From Azolla caroliniana (Eukaryota; Plantae; Polypodiophyta), in the NCBI GenBank assembly GCA_043228905.1, contig JBHGNT010000006.1, forward strand, positions 3,038,001 through 3,102,000: 64,000 nt of DNA, given 5' to 3'. How positions within the stretch are numbered: position 1 is the stretch's first letter; each line of letters starts with the position of its first letter. The notes beneath the pieces are model-generated. The model was not told where the DNA came from and searched no databases. It saw only the letters and a list, made by a program, of their open reading frames with translations. A program made the position numbers and the translations under genes. Shown here piece after piece: positions 34,767 to 45,500 of this stretch.

Positions 34767-36295
34767 ATAACTTCCTTTACATAAAAGCATGGTGATCCTA
34801 CTCACATGACAAAATTTTGGAAATGTCAATGGGGTATGCAAATTCCAAAGAAGATTGGTCTATTTAGATGGTTGATTGTTCATTATGTGGTTCCTATTAG
34901 GGTTTGGATGTATTGTAAAGATGTGGATAAGATGTGTCATTTTTGTGGGTTAGAAGTGGAGTCTTGTCATCACCTATTCTAGTCATGTATGGCTGCCAAA
35001 TTGGTTTTGAAAAGGTTTTTTTACGTCTCTTTCATGAGGTGTATGGCTCTAGAGTATATAAATGGGGGGTAGTGATGTGGGTTGATATTAAGGGTGAGGT
35101 ACAAGATTATGAAAAAGAAAAGGTTAACATTGCATTATATACAAGAAGTCGATATGTTGAGGAAGTGTCGCCTTGTATGCCTATTAATTCAGTCCAGAAT
35201 GGAGTGGTTTGGAAGACGATTAGTTCAATAACCTTATGGGTTTTGTGGACTAGTAGATGTCAAAGGATATTTCAGCAAATTCAATGGAATGTTGTGGATG
35301 TAGTCTAAGGAGATTTGGGTGACCTTGGTGCATACACTAAAAGGACGATATGATGTTATCAAAGGTGATTCAGATGTAGTCTTTCAAAAGCGAGAGGTTT
35401 TTAAGAAGAGATGGGAAAGGATGAAGGTATTCTGCATGGTTAATGGTGTTATACGTTGTCGTGAAGAAAACCGTCCATAGGCGGAATCGGCGCACCTAGG
35501 CGTGGGAACCGGTTCTTCACGCGCGCAAGCTCCAGGTTGTACATAAAAGCGAATTATGAGGATAATCGGCAGGAACGGGCCCTAACTCAAGTGGAGACAA
35601 AGACCGCGCGAACAGTCTTTTCGGTCGCGCGCGCGAACTGTACGAGTCGGCGGCGTAACTACGCGGATGCGTGAAAAACGGAGCGGATCCCTGTCCAAAA
35701 GGGACAAGGAATAAAGCTGATATGACGGCCTGCTCGTCGGCCTATATAAGGAGGAGGAAAGAGCTGTTGCAGGGATCTCGCGCAGAGAGGACGAAGTGCT
35801 GCCGGACCGTTTCTGGGCGCTTCTCTCTCTCTCTCTCTGTGTTTCCTTCCTTCTCGAGCTCCATAGCTTCTGTGCAGAGTTCCGAGGAGGCTCGCGCTGT
35901 TTCGAGGAACGCCCGAGTGCTTCCGGCAGCACCTCCGACCTGCTACCCCGTTTGTGCGTCGAAGCGAACAGGCATCGGCATCTGTTCGCCGGCCTGTTCG
36001 GTTGTAAACAACCTGTGCCCCATCGAGGGTTGTAGTCGTGTTAGCCATTTTTGTTAATACACTTATTTAGTCGTTCGCATCTGTCTGTGTCGGTGTCTGT
36101 TCGCGTTCTCCGTGCTGAAGGGCCGTGTCCCTGCGTATCCCCGGTCCTGCGTAGCCGGTTCTCTCTCTTTCTCCTCCCTTGCTTGCTCTTTGGTTCGAGA
36201 CCCCCGCGGTCCCGCCTCATTTTCACACGCACTTGCGTAATAATCTCGACATATTTGGTGAACCCGACGTGAAAGAGGCGGCAGAAGAGCAGAAG

Positions 36296-38422
36296 ATGAG
36301 GGGGTCGGATCTCGCAGAGGCCATGGCTTCGGCCGTGGATCGGATTGTAAACGCGCGCGAGATCACCGGTGCCCTCGACAGAGCTATTGAGGCGGTCGTC
36401 GGCACGATCGGCCGGTTCGACGGGAAGGATGCCACGAAGTATTTGGCGTCCTACGGTGCAGAGATGCTGATGCGGGACATTCCGGAAGAAAGACGTCTTG
36501 CCGGATTTCCCCGAGTGGCGATGCCGAGCATCCATGCGGAGGTGCTCGAGGTGCGGACGGAGAGCCGTACCTGGGAGGAGTTCGAAGGTCGGCTCCTAGA
36601 GAAATACGGGCTGGACGACGCGCTCCGGCTTTCGAAGCGAAAGTTCATGGAATGGGTGGAGTCCCCGGGGAAGGGAAGAAACGCGTCGGCGCTCCTCCGG
36701 GAGTTCGAGGAAAACTTTGCGCGCCTTTCGGCGCTCGACCGAACCATCCTGGACACGAGCCGGGTCTTGCTGTTTGTCAAGACGGTCGACGAGCGGGATC
36801 GGGAGCAAGTGGGCCTCTTGCTGGAAACCGAAGACGGGCTCACTACCGACTGGGCGGCTGTCAGGAAGGTCTGTGGCCGTTTCGACAAACGACGAGAATG
36901 GGCGGATAACGGGGCGACCGGGTCGGGCTCGGTCGCAGCAAGGAAGCTTGAACCAGCGCCACAGGTGCGCAAGGAAGAGACCCAGGGGTGGTTGGAAACC
37001 GGTTCGGCTTCGACCGGCGTAGTCAGAGGCTCAACCGGAGGAGCGGCGCTGGAGGAATTGACGAAGGCGATAAAGGACCTCCAAATCGCGCAGGCCCGAA
37101 GGGAAGGAGGCGAACCGGCTCGTGACCGACGGCCGGCGGCAGGAAACAGGTGCATGTGGTGCGATGAAGTCGGCCACATTCGGAAGGACTGCGGCGACTT
37201 CGCGGAGGCGATGAGGACCAGGGTGGTGTACCTGTGGGAAGGACGGGTGCATGTCGGCGACACCCGAAGGGCCCTGAGCCGAAACGACGGAAAAGGTGGT
37301 ATGAAAGGGTTGATGGAAGAGGCGGCGGCCCGACACGCGGAAACCGTCCACTACTCGGCGTCAGCCGGCATTCGAGTCGGGGGCGGCGAGGCCCGAAGGG
37401 AAAGCAATGCCGGATTCTGGCCGACGATGCTGGAAGGCCTTGCCGGTGCAAGGCTTAAAGGGGAGGAATCGGACCGTGCGGAGAAATGGGTACGGGAGAT
37501 GACCGGGTGGAGCGACCCGGTCGAGGAAAGGACGGGCTTCGTGGAAGCCGCTTGCCAGAACTTCGAGGCTCTAGTAGAAGAGAAGCGGGTGGGGAGACCC
37601 GGGACGACCGGGCCCTCACAACGATACGAGACCCGGTCCGGGCCGCGACGGGACGAAGCCGGCGAGGCCGGTACGCAAGATAAACCCCAGAAGTGCGGGT
37701 ACCGTCTGGGGACGGAGATAGAAAGGACCACGGACTTACGAAAGGTCCTGGAGGAGCGGATCCTCGACAGCAAGGTGGAGCTGTCGTTACGAGAGGTGCT
37801 GGGAATCGCCAAGAAGGAGTTCCACGACTCCATCGTGGACTTGGTGAAACGGAAGAGGCTGTCGACGGAGACAGAACCGGAAAGACCGGTGGAAGTGCGG
37901 ACGACGCACCTAGACGACATGGCGCTGGGAGACGAGTGGGCGGAAAGCCACTATTCGAGACCACACTGGGCCCGAGCGACCACGGAAACCCCGGTGAAGA
38001 TCGGCGATGTCCAGGAACCGGTGATAGCTTTGGTGGACCACGGATCGGAGATCAATTTGATGTCCATGGACTTCTATAAGAAGGGCAAATGGCCGATCAA
38101 CACCAAGCACGGGTGGAAAATAAGGGCAGCAACGCGCGCCACCGAGGAACTGCACGGGGCCTGTCCGAATGTGCGAGTCAAGATCGGCGACGTCGAGATT
38201 GACCAGCACTTCTTCGTGCAGGAGAAGTCTTCGCATCCGGTCATTCTGGGAGAGCCGTACATCACGGCGGCGCGAATGGAGACCAAAGTGCTGGACAATG
38301 GTTCGGCCTACGCAAGGGTCAAAAGCCAAGACGGGCGCCATTCGGTCCAGTTTCTGACGGTACGGCCGAACCACGAACGTAACCGCGATTCCCTCGGTTC
38401 CGAAAACCGAGAGGATTTTTAG
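36296..38422 (+). CDS. gag: Gag-protease polyprotein of element B
   Basis: Nearly identical to A gag, with CCHC knuckle and ALVDHGSEINLM. First ATG after the PBS is 36296. Confidence 0.92.
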   Translation: MRGSDLAEAMASAVDRIVNAREITGALDRAIEAVVGTIGRFDGKDATKYLASYGAEMLMRDIPEERRLAGFPRVAMPSIHAEVLEVRTESRTWEEFEGRLLEKYGLDDALRLSKRKFMEWVESPGKGRNASALLREFEENFARLSALDRTILDTSRVLLFVKTVDERDREQVGLLLETEDGLTTDWAAVRKVCGRFDKRREWADNGATGSGSVAARKLEPAPQVRKEETQGWLETGSASTGVVRGSTGGAALEELTKAIKDLQIAQARREGGEPARDRRPAAGNRCMWCDEVGHIRKDCGDFAEAMRTRVVYLWEGRVHVGDTRRALSRNDGKGGMKGLMEEAAARHAETVHYSASAGIRVGGGEARRESNAGFWPTMLEGLAGARLKGEESDRAEKWVREMTGWSDPVEERTGFVEAACQNFEALVEEKRVGRPGTTGPSQRYETRSGPRRDEAGEAGTQDKPQKCGYRLGTEIERTTDLRKVLEERILDSKVELSLREVLGIAKKEFHDSIVDLVKRKRLSTETEPERPVEVRTTHLDDMALGDEWAESHYSRPHWARATTETPVKIGDVQEPVIALVDHGSEINLMSMDFYKKGKWPINTKHGWKIRAATRATEELHGACPNVRVKIGDVEIDQHFFVQEKSSHPVILGEPYITAARMETKVLDNGSAYARVKSQDGRHSVQFLTVRPNHERNRDSLGSENREDF

Positions 38423-41400
38423 AGAGGACTGCCAAGGCGTGGGGCCGCGACAGTCCGGATGCCCCGGGAAAACCCCACATCTGTACGATAAAACCGTGTA
38501 CAATAGGTAGGAAAATTTGCTTCTCCGACAGCGGAGCATGTACGATGGTCGGCGTCACCGGCCGAGAGAAAACAAGGACGGAGGGGAGACTTCGGGCGTG
38601 TGGGGTTCTCGGCCCTGACGAAGGAGTCAACGGAGCCGTGGAGGCAGTCTCCTTCGACGACACCTTGGGGATGCTGGGGAAGGTAGTCGAAGAAGACCTT
38701 AACGAAGACCGGACGATACCGGTATGTTCCGAAGAAATGTACGAAGTCATCGCGGACTTCGGTCGAGGGCTCGAGTCGGAACGGACGGCCCGAGTGAGCA
38801 CCAAGTACAAGACGGTGGACCGGAAGGTGAGGCCAGTTGCGGCGCCCTTACCGGAGGGCAGCGAATCCCGAATCAAAGGGGTTGCATCGGACCCCAGCTT
38901 ACGAGATCCGGCCTGCATAGGACACACCTTCACCAACGAGACGCTCCGCGAGCTGAAGATAGGTGGGGGCGGGTTCCTACTGCCGGCGGAGGAAGACCGG
39001 TTCCGGAGAATGCTCGGAAGGCACGAGAAAGCCTTCGCATTCTCGCCGGAGGAAATCGGGTGCGTGGACCCGACGATCGTAGAGCCGATGGTGATATTCA
39101 CAGTACCGCATGTACCGTGGAATCTCAAGCCAATTTCGGTTCCGAGAGCTCACATCCCGGAGTTGATGGAGCTGTTGAAGCAGAAAGTTGATATGGGCAT
39201 TCTCGAGCCGTCGAGCGCCCCGTATTCAAACCGCTGGTTTACCGTGCCAAAGAAAAACGGATCATTGCGCTTCATTCAGGACCTGCAGCCGGTCAATAGG
39301 GTGACCATTCGGAACGCAGGGATCGGACCGACCATAGACGAGTTCGCGGAGGCCTTCGCCGGGAGGTCGATTTACTCGGTCGGTGATCTATACTCAGGGT
39401 ACGACCAGTTCCAGCTAGCCGTGGAAAGCAGAGACATTACGACGATGCGAACTCCCCTCGGCCTAGTGCGGATGTGTACGCTGCCGCAAGGAGGGACCAA
39501 CTCGGTGGCCCACATGGTGAATGCGATGAACAAGGTGCTGAGGGACTGCATCCCGGACATCACCGTGCCTTTTCTAGACGACATCCCGATCAAGGGATGC
39601 CCGGTAGAAGAGAAGGACGAGACGGTCGGGCCGGACGGATGCCGGCGGTTCGTGATGGCGCACATCGACGACTGCGAGAAGGTGCTGCAAAGGCTAGAGG
39701 ACGCGAGGCTCACCTTCTCGGGGGAGAAATCAGCCTTCGGGCAGTCGGAAATCATGGTGGTCGGACACTTATGTGGGCCATATGGCCGGAAACCGTCTCC
39801 GGCAAAGGTAGAAGCCATCTCCGCGATGAAGCCCGACTGCAGCTCGGTCACGGAAGTACGAAGATTCTTGGGAGCATGCGCCTTTTACCACATATGGATC
39901 CCGCATTACGCGCACGTCGCGGAGCCGCTGTACGGATTATTGAAGAAAGGGCGAAGATTCGAATGGCTAGACAAGCACGCGGAGTCGGTCCGGAAGCTGA
40001 AGGAGGCTCTTTCGGCAGCACCGGCGCTCCGAAAGGCTGTCTACGGGAAGGGCACCCCAGTGTACATAACGGTTGACACGAGTCCGACCGGAATCGGGTG
40101 GGTCGTCAACCAAGAAGACGAGGACGGCAATCGGTTTCCGATCCGATTCGGCGCGAAGGTACTCAGCGAACGGCAGCGAGGATACGCCCAGGTTAAACGC
40201 GAACTCTGGGGTATCGTTTCGGCGGTGAAGGCCGACAAGGACTATCTGATCGGGACGGAGGTAATCATAGAGACGGATTGCATGCCGATTCTCGGCATGG
40301 TTTCCGGCTGCGCGACGCCGGACCTGGCAATGCTCAGGTGGATAGCGTACATCAAGTCCCTAGACCCGGTAATACGACACATTTCCGGGAAAGACAACGC
40401 CATGGCCGACATGCTTTCAAGGGCGAGATTCGAGGACGAGGGCGGCATGGTCTCGGAGGACGAAGAGGTCGGCGTGGACTTCTTCGAGACTGCGCATGTA
40501 ACAACCGGCGGGACAAGCACTCCGGAGCTTAACGACTTCGACGCGAGCAAGTACGACGGGGAGTGGCTGCAGATCGGTGGGTTTTTGAAGACAATGACGC
40601 CCGATGCGTCATGGACAAAGGACGAGGCCAACCGGATCCGGAGGAAAGCGTACCGGTTCTTTCTCCGGGATGGCTACCTATGGAAGCACCCGAAGAAGAG
40701 GGACGGCGCTCCGCTCCGGGTGGTGGCGATGAAGGAAGAACAGGAGGAGCTGCTGACGGCCTACCACGACAGCCCTTGGGCTGGACACCGCGGAACATGG
40801 GCTACGTTTGAGAAACTGAAGGGGAAGTATTGGTGGCCGGGGCAGTACCAGGACGTGCATCGGTTCGTGACAACTTGCGAGAGCTGTCAGATGCACTCCA
40901 TAGTCCGACATCGGGACGAGCTTCACCCCACGTACCCTCCGACCATCCACTTCAAATGGATGGTAGATCTGGTAACGATGCCAATGGGAGTAGGACAGAT
41001 GCGGTACCTGGTCCTAGCGCGGGAGGATCTGACGAACCAGGTGGAAGGCCGGGCCCTTCCAAACAAAACGACCGCGGCCGTATGCCGGTTCCTAATCGAA
41101 GACGTGATATGCCGGTACGGGTGCGTCGGGAAGATCGTGGCTGACCGAGGGGAGTTGGACGCCGAAGAAGCCGCGGAGCTGTTCGACCGGCTGGGAGTCA
41201 AGCTCTCGCTCACCACTGCGTACAACCCGGAGGCGAATGGGAAGGTGGAGCGCGGACACGGGCCGATCGTCAAGGCGTTGGTTCGGGCATGCGGAGGCCA
41301 AGTCGGTAACTGGCCGCGGCTGCTACCCTATGCTTTGTGGGCAGACCGGACCACGCACAGTTCGGTAACCGGGTACATGCCGACGGAGCTCATGTTCGGC

Positions 41401-41901
41401 CAGAAGCCGATCATGCCGATGGAACGGACGATCTCCTCATGGGCCACGGTCGATTGGAGGGACGAGATGAGCCGGGAGGAGTTGTTGGCCGCGCGTATAC
41501 GACAACTCGAGCGGAGACCGGAGGACGTGGAACTGGCTACGGAGAGGCTCCGGGTAGCGAGGGCAAAGAACAAAGCCAGGTTCGACCGAACGCACCGGCT
41601 CCGACCGAAGAAGATCGAAGAAGGTGACTGGGTGCTCGTCTACGACAGCAGTCTCGACAACCAGCACCGAGCTACGAGGAAGTTCGCACGTAGGTGGTTT
41701 GGGCCTTACGCGGTACGGAGCGCCAATGGCAACGGGACATATCACCTGGCGGAACTCGACGGCACGAGAATGGCGATACCGGTTGCAGGGAAGCGGATCA
41801 AAGCGTTCAAAAAACGACACGACGACGAGCCAGACCCGGCTCTTCTAGTCAGCAGTGACGAACGATCCGAAAACGAGGAAGAACCGACGGGCGAGGAATG
41901 A
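38413..41901 (+). CDS. pol: Pol (RT-RNase H-integrase) of element B, -1 frame
   Basis: Same motifs as A pol. The frame is open from GGATTTT at 38413 through the 1118-aa ORF. Confidence 0.93.
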   Translation, partial: GFLERTAKAWGRDSPDAPGKPHICTIKPCTIGRKICFSDSGACTMVGVTGREKTRTEGRLRACGVLGPDEGVNGAVEAVSFDDTLGMLGKVVEEDLNEDRTIPVCSEEMYEVIADFGRGLESERTARVSTKYKTVDRKVRPVAAPLPEGSESRIKGVASDPSLRDPACIGHTFTNETLRELKIGGGGFLLPAEEDRFRRMLGRHEKAFAFSPEEIGCVDPTIVEPMVIFTVPHVPWNLKPISVPRAHIPELMELLKQKVDMGILEPSSAPYSNRWFTVPKKNGSLRFIQDLQPVNRVTIRNAGIGPTIDEFAEAFAGRSIYSVGDLYSGYDQFQLAVESRDITTMRTPLGLVRMCTLPQGGTNSVAHMVNAMNKVLRDCIPDITVPFLDDIPIKGCPVEEKDETVGPDGCRRFVMAHIDDCEKVLQRLEDARLTFSGEKSAFGQSEIMVVGHLCGPYGRKPSPAKVEAISAMKPDCSSVTEVRRFLGACAFYHIWIPHYAHVAEPLYGLLKKGRRFEWLDKHAESVRKLKEALSAAPALRKAVYGKGTPVYITVDTSPTGIGWVVNQEDEDGNRFPIRFGAKVLSERQRGYAQVKRELWGIVSAVKADKDYLIGTEVIIETDCMPILGMVSGCATPDLAMLRWIAYIKSLDPVIRHISGKDNAMADMLSRARFEDEGGMVSEDEEVGVDFFETAHVTTGGTSTPELNDFDASKYDGEWLQIGGFLKTMTPDASWTKDEANRIRRKAYRFFLRDGYLWKHPKKRDGAPLRVVAMKEEQEELLTAYHDSPWAGHRGTWATFEKLKGKYWWPGQYQDVHRFVTTCESCQMHSIVRHRDELHPTYPPTIHFKWMVDLVTMPMGVGQMRYLVLAREDLTNQVEGRALPNKTTAAVCRFLIEDVICRYGCVGKIVADRGELDAEEAAELFDRLGVKLSLTTAYNPEANGKVERGHGPIVKALVRACGGQVGNWPRLLPYALWADRTTHSSVTGYMPTELMFGQKPIMPMERTISSWATVDWRDEMSREELLAARIRQLERRPEDVELATERLRVARAKNKARFDRTHRLRPKKIEEGDWVLVYDSSLDNQHRATRKFARRWFGPYAVRSANGNGTYHLAELDGTRMAIPVAGKRIKAFKKRHDDEPDPALLVSSDERSENEEEPTGEE

Positions 41902-42983
41902 AGACGGGCCGGTTTTCTCCGTCCCAACTCTCTGGCGCATACCGGAGGATGCGCGGTTAGGTGGGGGCGGATGTCGTGAAGAAAACCGTCCATAGGCGGA
42001 ATCGGCGCACCTAGGCGTGGGAACCGGTTCTTCACGCGCGCAAGCTCCAGGTTGTACATAAAAGCGAATTATGAGGATAATCGGCAGGAACGGGCCCTAA
42101 CTCAAGTGGAGACAAAGACCGCGCGAACAGTCTTTTCGGTCGCGCGCGCGAACTGTACGAGTCGGCGGCGTAACTACGCGGATGCGTGAAAAACGGAGCG
42201 GATCCCTGTCCAAAAGGGACAAGGAATAAAGCTGATATGACGGCCTGCTCGTCGGCCTATATAAGGAGGAGGAAAGAGCTGTTGCAGGGATCTCGCGCAG
42301 AGAGGACGAAGTGCTGCCGGACCGTTTCTGGGCGCTTCTCTCTCTCTCTCTCTGTGTTTCCTTCCTTCTCGAGCTCCATAGCTTCTGTGCAGAGTTCCGA
42401 GGAGGCTCGCGCTGTTTCGAGGAACGCCCGAGTGCTTCCGGCAGCACCTCCGACCTGCTACCCCGTTTGTGCGTCGAAGCGAACAGGCATCGGCATCTGT
42501 TCGCCGGCCTGTTCGGTTGTAAACAACCTGTGCCCCATCGAGGGTTGTAGTCGTGTTAGCCATTTTTGTTAATACACTTATTTAGTCGTTCGCATCTGTC
42601 TGTGTCGGTGTCTGTTCGCGTTCTCCGTGCTGAAGGGCCGTGTCCCTGCGTATCCCCGGTCCTGCGTAGCCGGTTCTCTCTCTTTCTCCTCCCTTGCTTG
42701 CTCTTTGGTTCGAGACCCCCGCGGTCCCGCCTCATTTTCACACGCACTTGCGTAATAATCTCGACAACGTTGGAGGTATCTGCCATCGCTCTGGGTTTTT
42801 CTTCCACCGACATGAGGCATGTGGCCATGTATAACTGTTATTACTAATGCTTTGGGACATATGTATTCTATAACAGTCCAAGAGAAGTTGAAATGGTAAA
42901 AATCTATGCTAAAATTTCATGTAAATCGCTTTAAACTAATATAAACCATTGTTCGAATAAAAATAAAAATAAAAACTTCCTTC

Positions 42984-45500
42984 TTTTTTTTTTTCCAAAA
43001 AAACACTACTTCGCATTAGTTAGTAAACAAAATTACATCATAGAACACCCAAAGTTCTTCTCACCAGCCCTCACTCTGGCCTTCCCACCAAAGTGGACAT
43101 AGTCCCCACCTCATTTTCAACAAACGTATCCAAACAACTCCAATAACCTAATAATTTGTACCATATCTATACAGATTTACAGCACCTAGACGTTGTTGGA
43201 AACCGGAAACAGCCATCGAGGTGCTTGGTAGTTCCATTGAGGCCCTGATGAGGATCTGCCCACCATAGGAGAATTACCCCATTTCAGCAAGAACTTTGAT
43301 CGAGATCTTTCAGCTACATCAGATTCCCCCTTGATTGAGTCGTATCGTCCCCGCAGCCAAGATACCAACTCAAACCAGATATTTAATAATACCTCACCTA
43401 CCTCACCGCTAGGGATCTTTTGTTGTTGAAAAACAAATTTACAACGGTTGGTCCAAATGTGTCAGACCGATAAACAAGACACCATCATCCATATCTCTTC
43501 AAAAAATTCTGAGTTAGTGCCATGTCGAACTCCAGCCCGTTGAAACACCTTGCCATCCTGCACTATAAAACCATGTCCGTGGGGGTTTAACTGTTCAGCC
43601 CAGCCTTCCCCTGTTAGCTTCAGCCCTTGTACGGACCCCCATACAACTCTCCCATTCACTCCGCATGTTGCCACTATCCTGAGACTTCTACCCCAAATGT
43701 TAATAGCCTCGCTGCAGTTCCAAAAACAATGAGGAATTGATTCCAAAGGGTGTCCACAACTTTTGCATCCAGCCTCACCACCACGACACCTAAGCCGGTG
43801 CCCCACCGGCACCGCTTTGTGACTAAGAAGCCACAACCAAAGCTTTATTTTTTCTGGCATATCAAACGCCCATAGCCTCCTCCAAAACGACTTCAACCAG
43901 TCATCAGAAATGCCTTTATCCTTCCAACTATTGCGAGTTAGGCCAGCACCCATCAATTTAGAGCCAATGATTTGCCTTCCTAGCTTGGTAGTGTACTCGA
44001 AAAACCGTTCAAGTTTGTCCGTTCCCGGTTTCTGCCACCACACCTCTAGTGGATCCCAATCCAGATCACATATGGGCTTGTTGTCAACTATCCAGAGTTT
44101 ACGATCAGATTCCAGCTTCCCTGGGTCCGGGTTTACTTGCCACTTCTTACCTTCCAACATTGCCACTCGCACTGCTAACCTTTGGCCATTGTCTGCCAAA
44201 GCACTTAGGTTGCCCCATAAACGATACTCATTAGATGGGCACCTGCCTCGGATAATTTGTGCATCGCCCTCACCTACAAACCACCCAAACCAGACCCCCT
44301 CTTCTTCATTCAGCCTAGCTAGACCATCAACAGCCTTATCTATCAAGTGGGTAACCTTTTCCAGCCTGCCGGTAAATCTAGGACTTCCAACCAGACCCTC
44401 CCTTCTTCTCCTTTTGAACTCCTCCCAGTCTCTTACTGAACTAACATTTTTCCCCATGGCAAGTATTTTTTCTAACCAAGCATCATACCATCATCACTTC
44501 GAATCCTGGGGTTCCAAAACAGGGGTTGACGGAGTTGTTCCTCCATTGTTTTTGGCTGCATTAAGACCAACCCCTCTCTTAAACTTGACCAGGCCCTCAT
44601 TATGGTGCGGGCCACCCTATCCTCCATGCTAGTAGGTTCTTTTAACGTTAGGCCTGGACTGAACAACCACCACATCTTTGCCTTCCAAGGGCCGCCATTC
44701 CTCGGACTCCAGAGTTCAGCTCTGTCTCTAAGAAGCAATTTCCACAATTCTGGTCCAGGTTGGAGACTTCGCACCAAGAGCTTACCAAGTAAAGCCTTAC
44801 TTTGGTGACCTGGATCCACCATCCCAAGTCCACCTTGACTTTTTGCCTTGATCAAACAACTCCAAGCCACTTTAGCTGAAGCAGTCTCATGGTCTCTACC
44901 TGACCAAAGGAACCCTCTCACCATTGCCTTAATATTTTTTATGCACTCTTTATCTAACATCCAGCATGCCAACGAGTGCCACATGGTGGCCAACAAAATA
45001 TGGTTTACCACAACCACTCTACCTGCAAGGGAAAGCTTTACTGATGCCCATAACCGAAGCTTTTTTCTGATTTTGTCTTTCACTTGCTCAAGTTGCTGAT
45101 TTTTCTGAATCTCTATTCCCACCAAAAAGCCCAAATACTTAACAGCCCTTCCATTAGGAACCCATTGAAAATCAGCATTAGGTTGCCAATTCGGCCAAGA
45201 GTTTGGACTTACCCAAAACCCTCTACTTTTGTTCCAATTAATTTTCCCACCTGATGCTTTACAGAACAACTCAATTCGATTTTCAGCCTGCTGTAAATTA
45301 GCATCATTGCCTTGCAGATAGAGCATGGTGTCATCTGCATACATGGAGTCCAACAAGTCCTTACAAGCATGTGGGACAACCAAACCTCGAATTCCTGCAT
45401 CCGGTCTATTTAAAAAGAAAGAGAATGCCTCTGAGATAAATAAATAAAGGTAGGGGGCCAATGGGCACCCCTATCTGACAGACTTGCATAATGGAATCCT
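42984..45500 (-). mobile_element. 5'-truncated L1-type LINE with in-frame stops
   Basis: R*GCPLAPYLY, MYADD, KYLGF, KLSLAGRVVVVN, GGLGMVD, zf-RVT CKSC..ESIPHCFWNC and WNYQAPRWLFP. T-run tail at about 42984. Confidence 0.9.

Larger units (their letters stand above)
35457..42766 (+). mobile_element. Intact Ty3/gypsy LTR retrotransposon (element B), sister of A
   Basis: 795-bp LTRs at 35457-36251 and 41972-42766 with no difference seen. TSD ACGT, tRNA-Trp PBS 36256-36273, PPT AGGTGGGGGCGGA before 41972. Confidence 0.97.
34790..42975 (+). mobile_element. 5'-truncated L1-type LINE interrupted by gypsy element B
   Basis: zf-RVT-like sequence at 34800-35456 reads through the B insertion as NGVIR|WRYLPSLWVFLPPT*. 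AAATAA tail at about 42955-42975. Confidence 0.8.
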
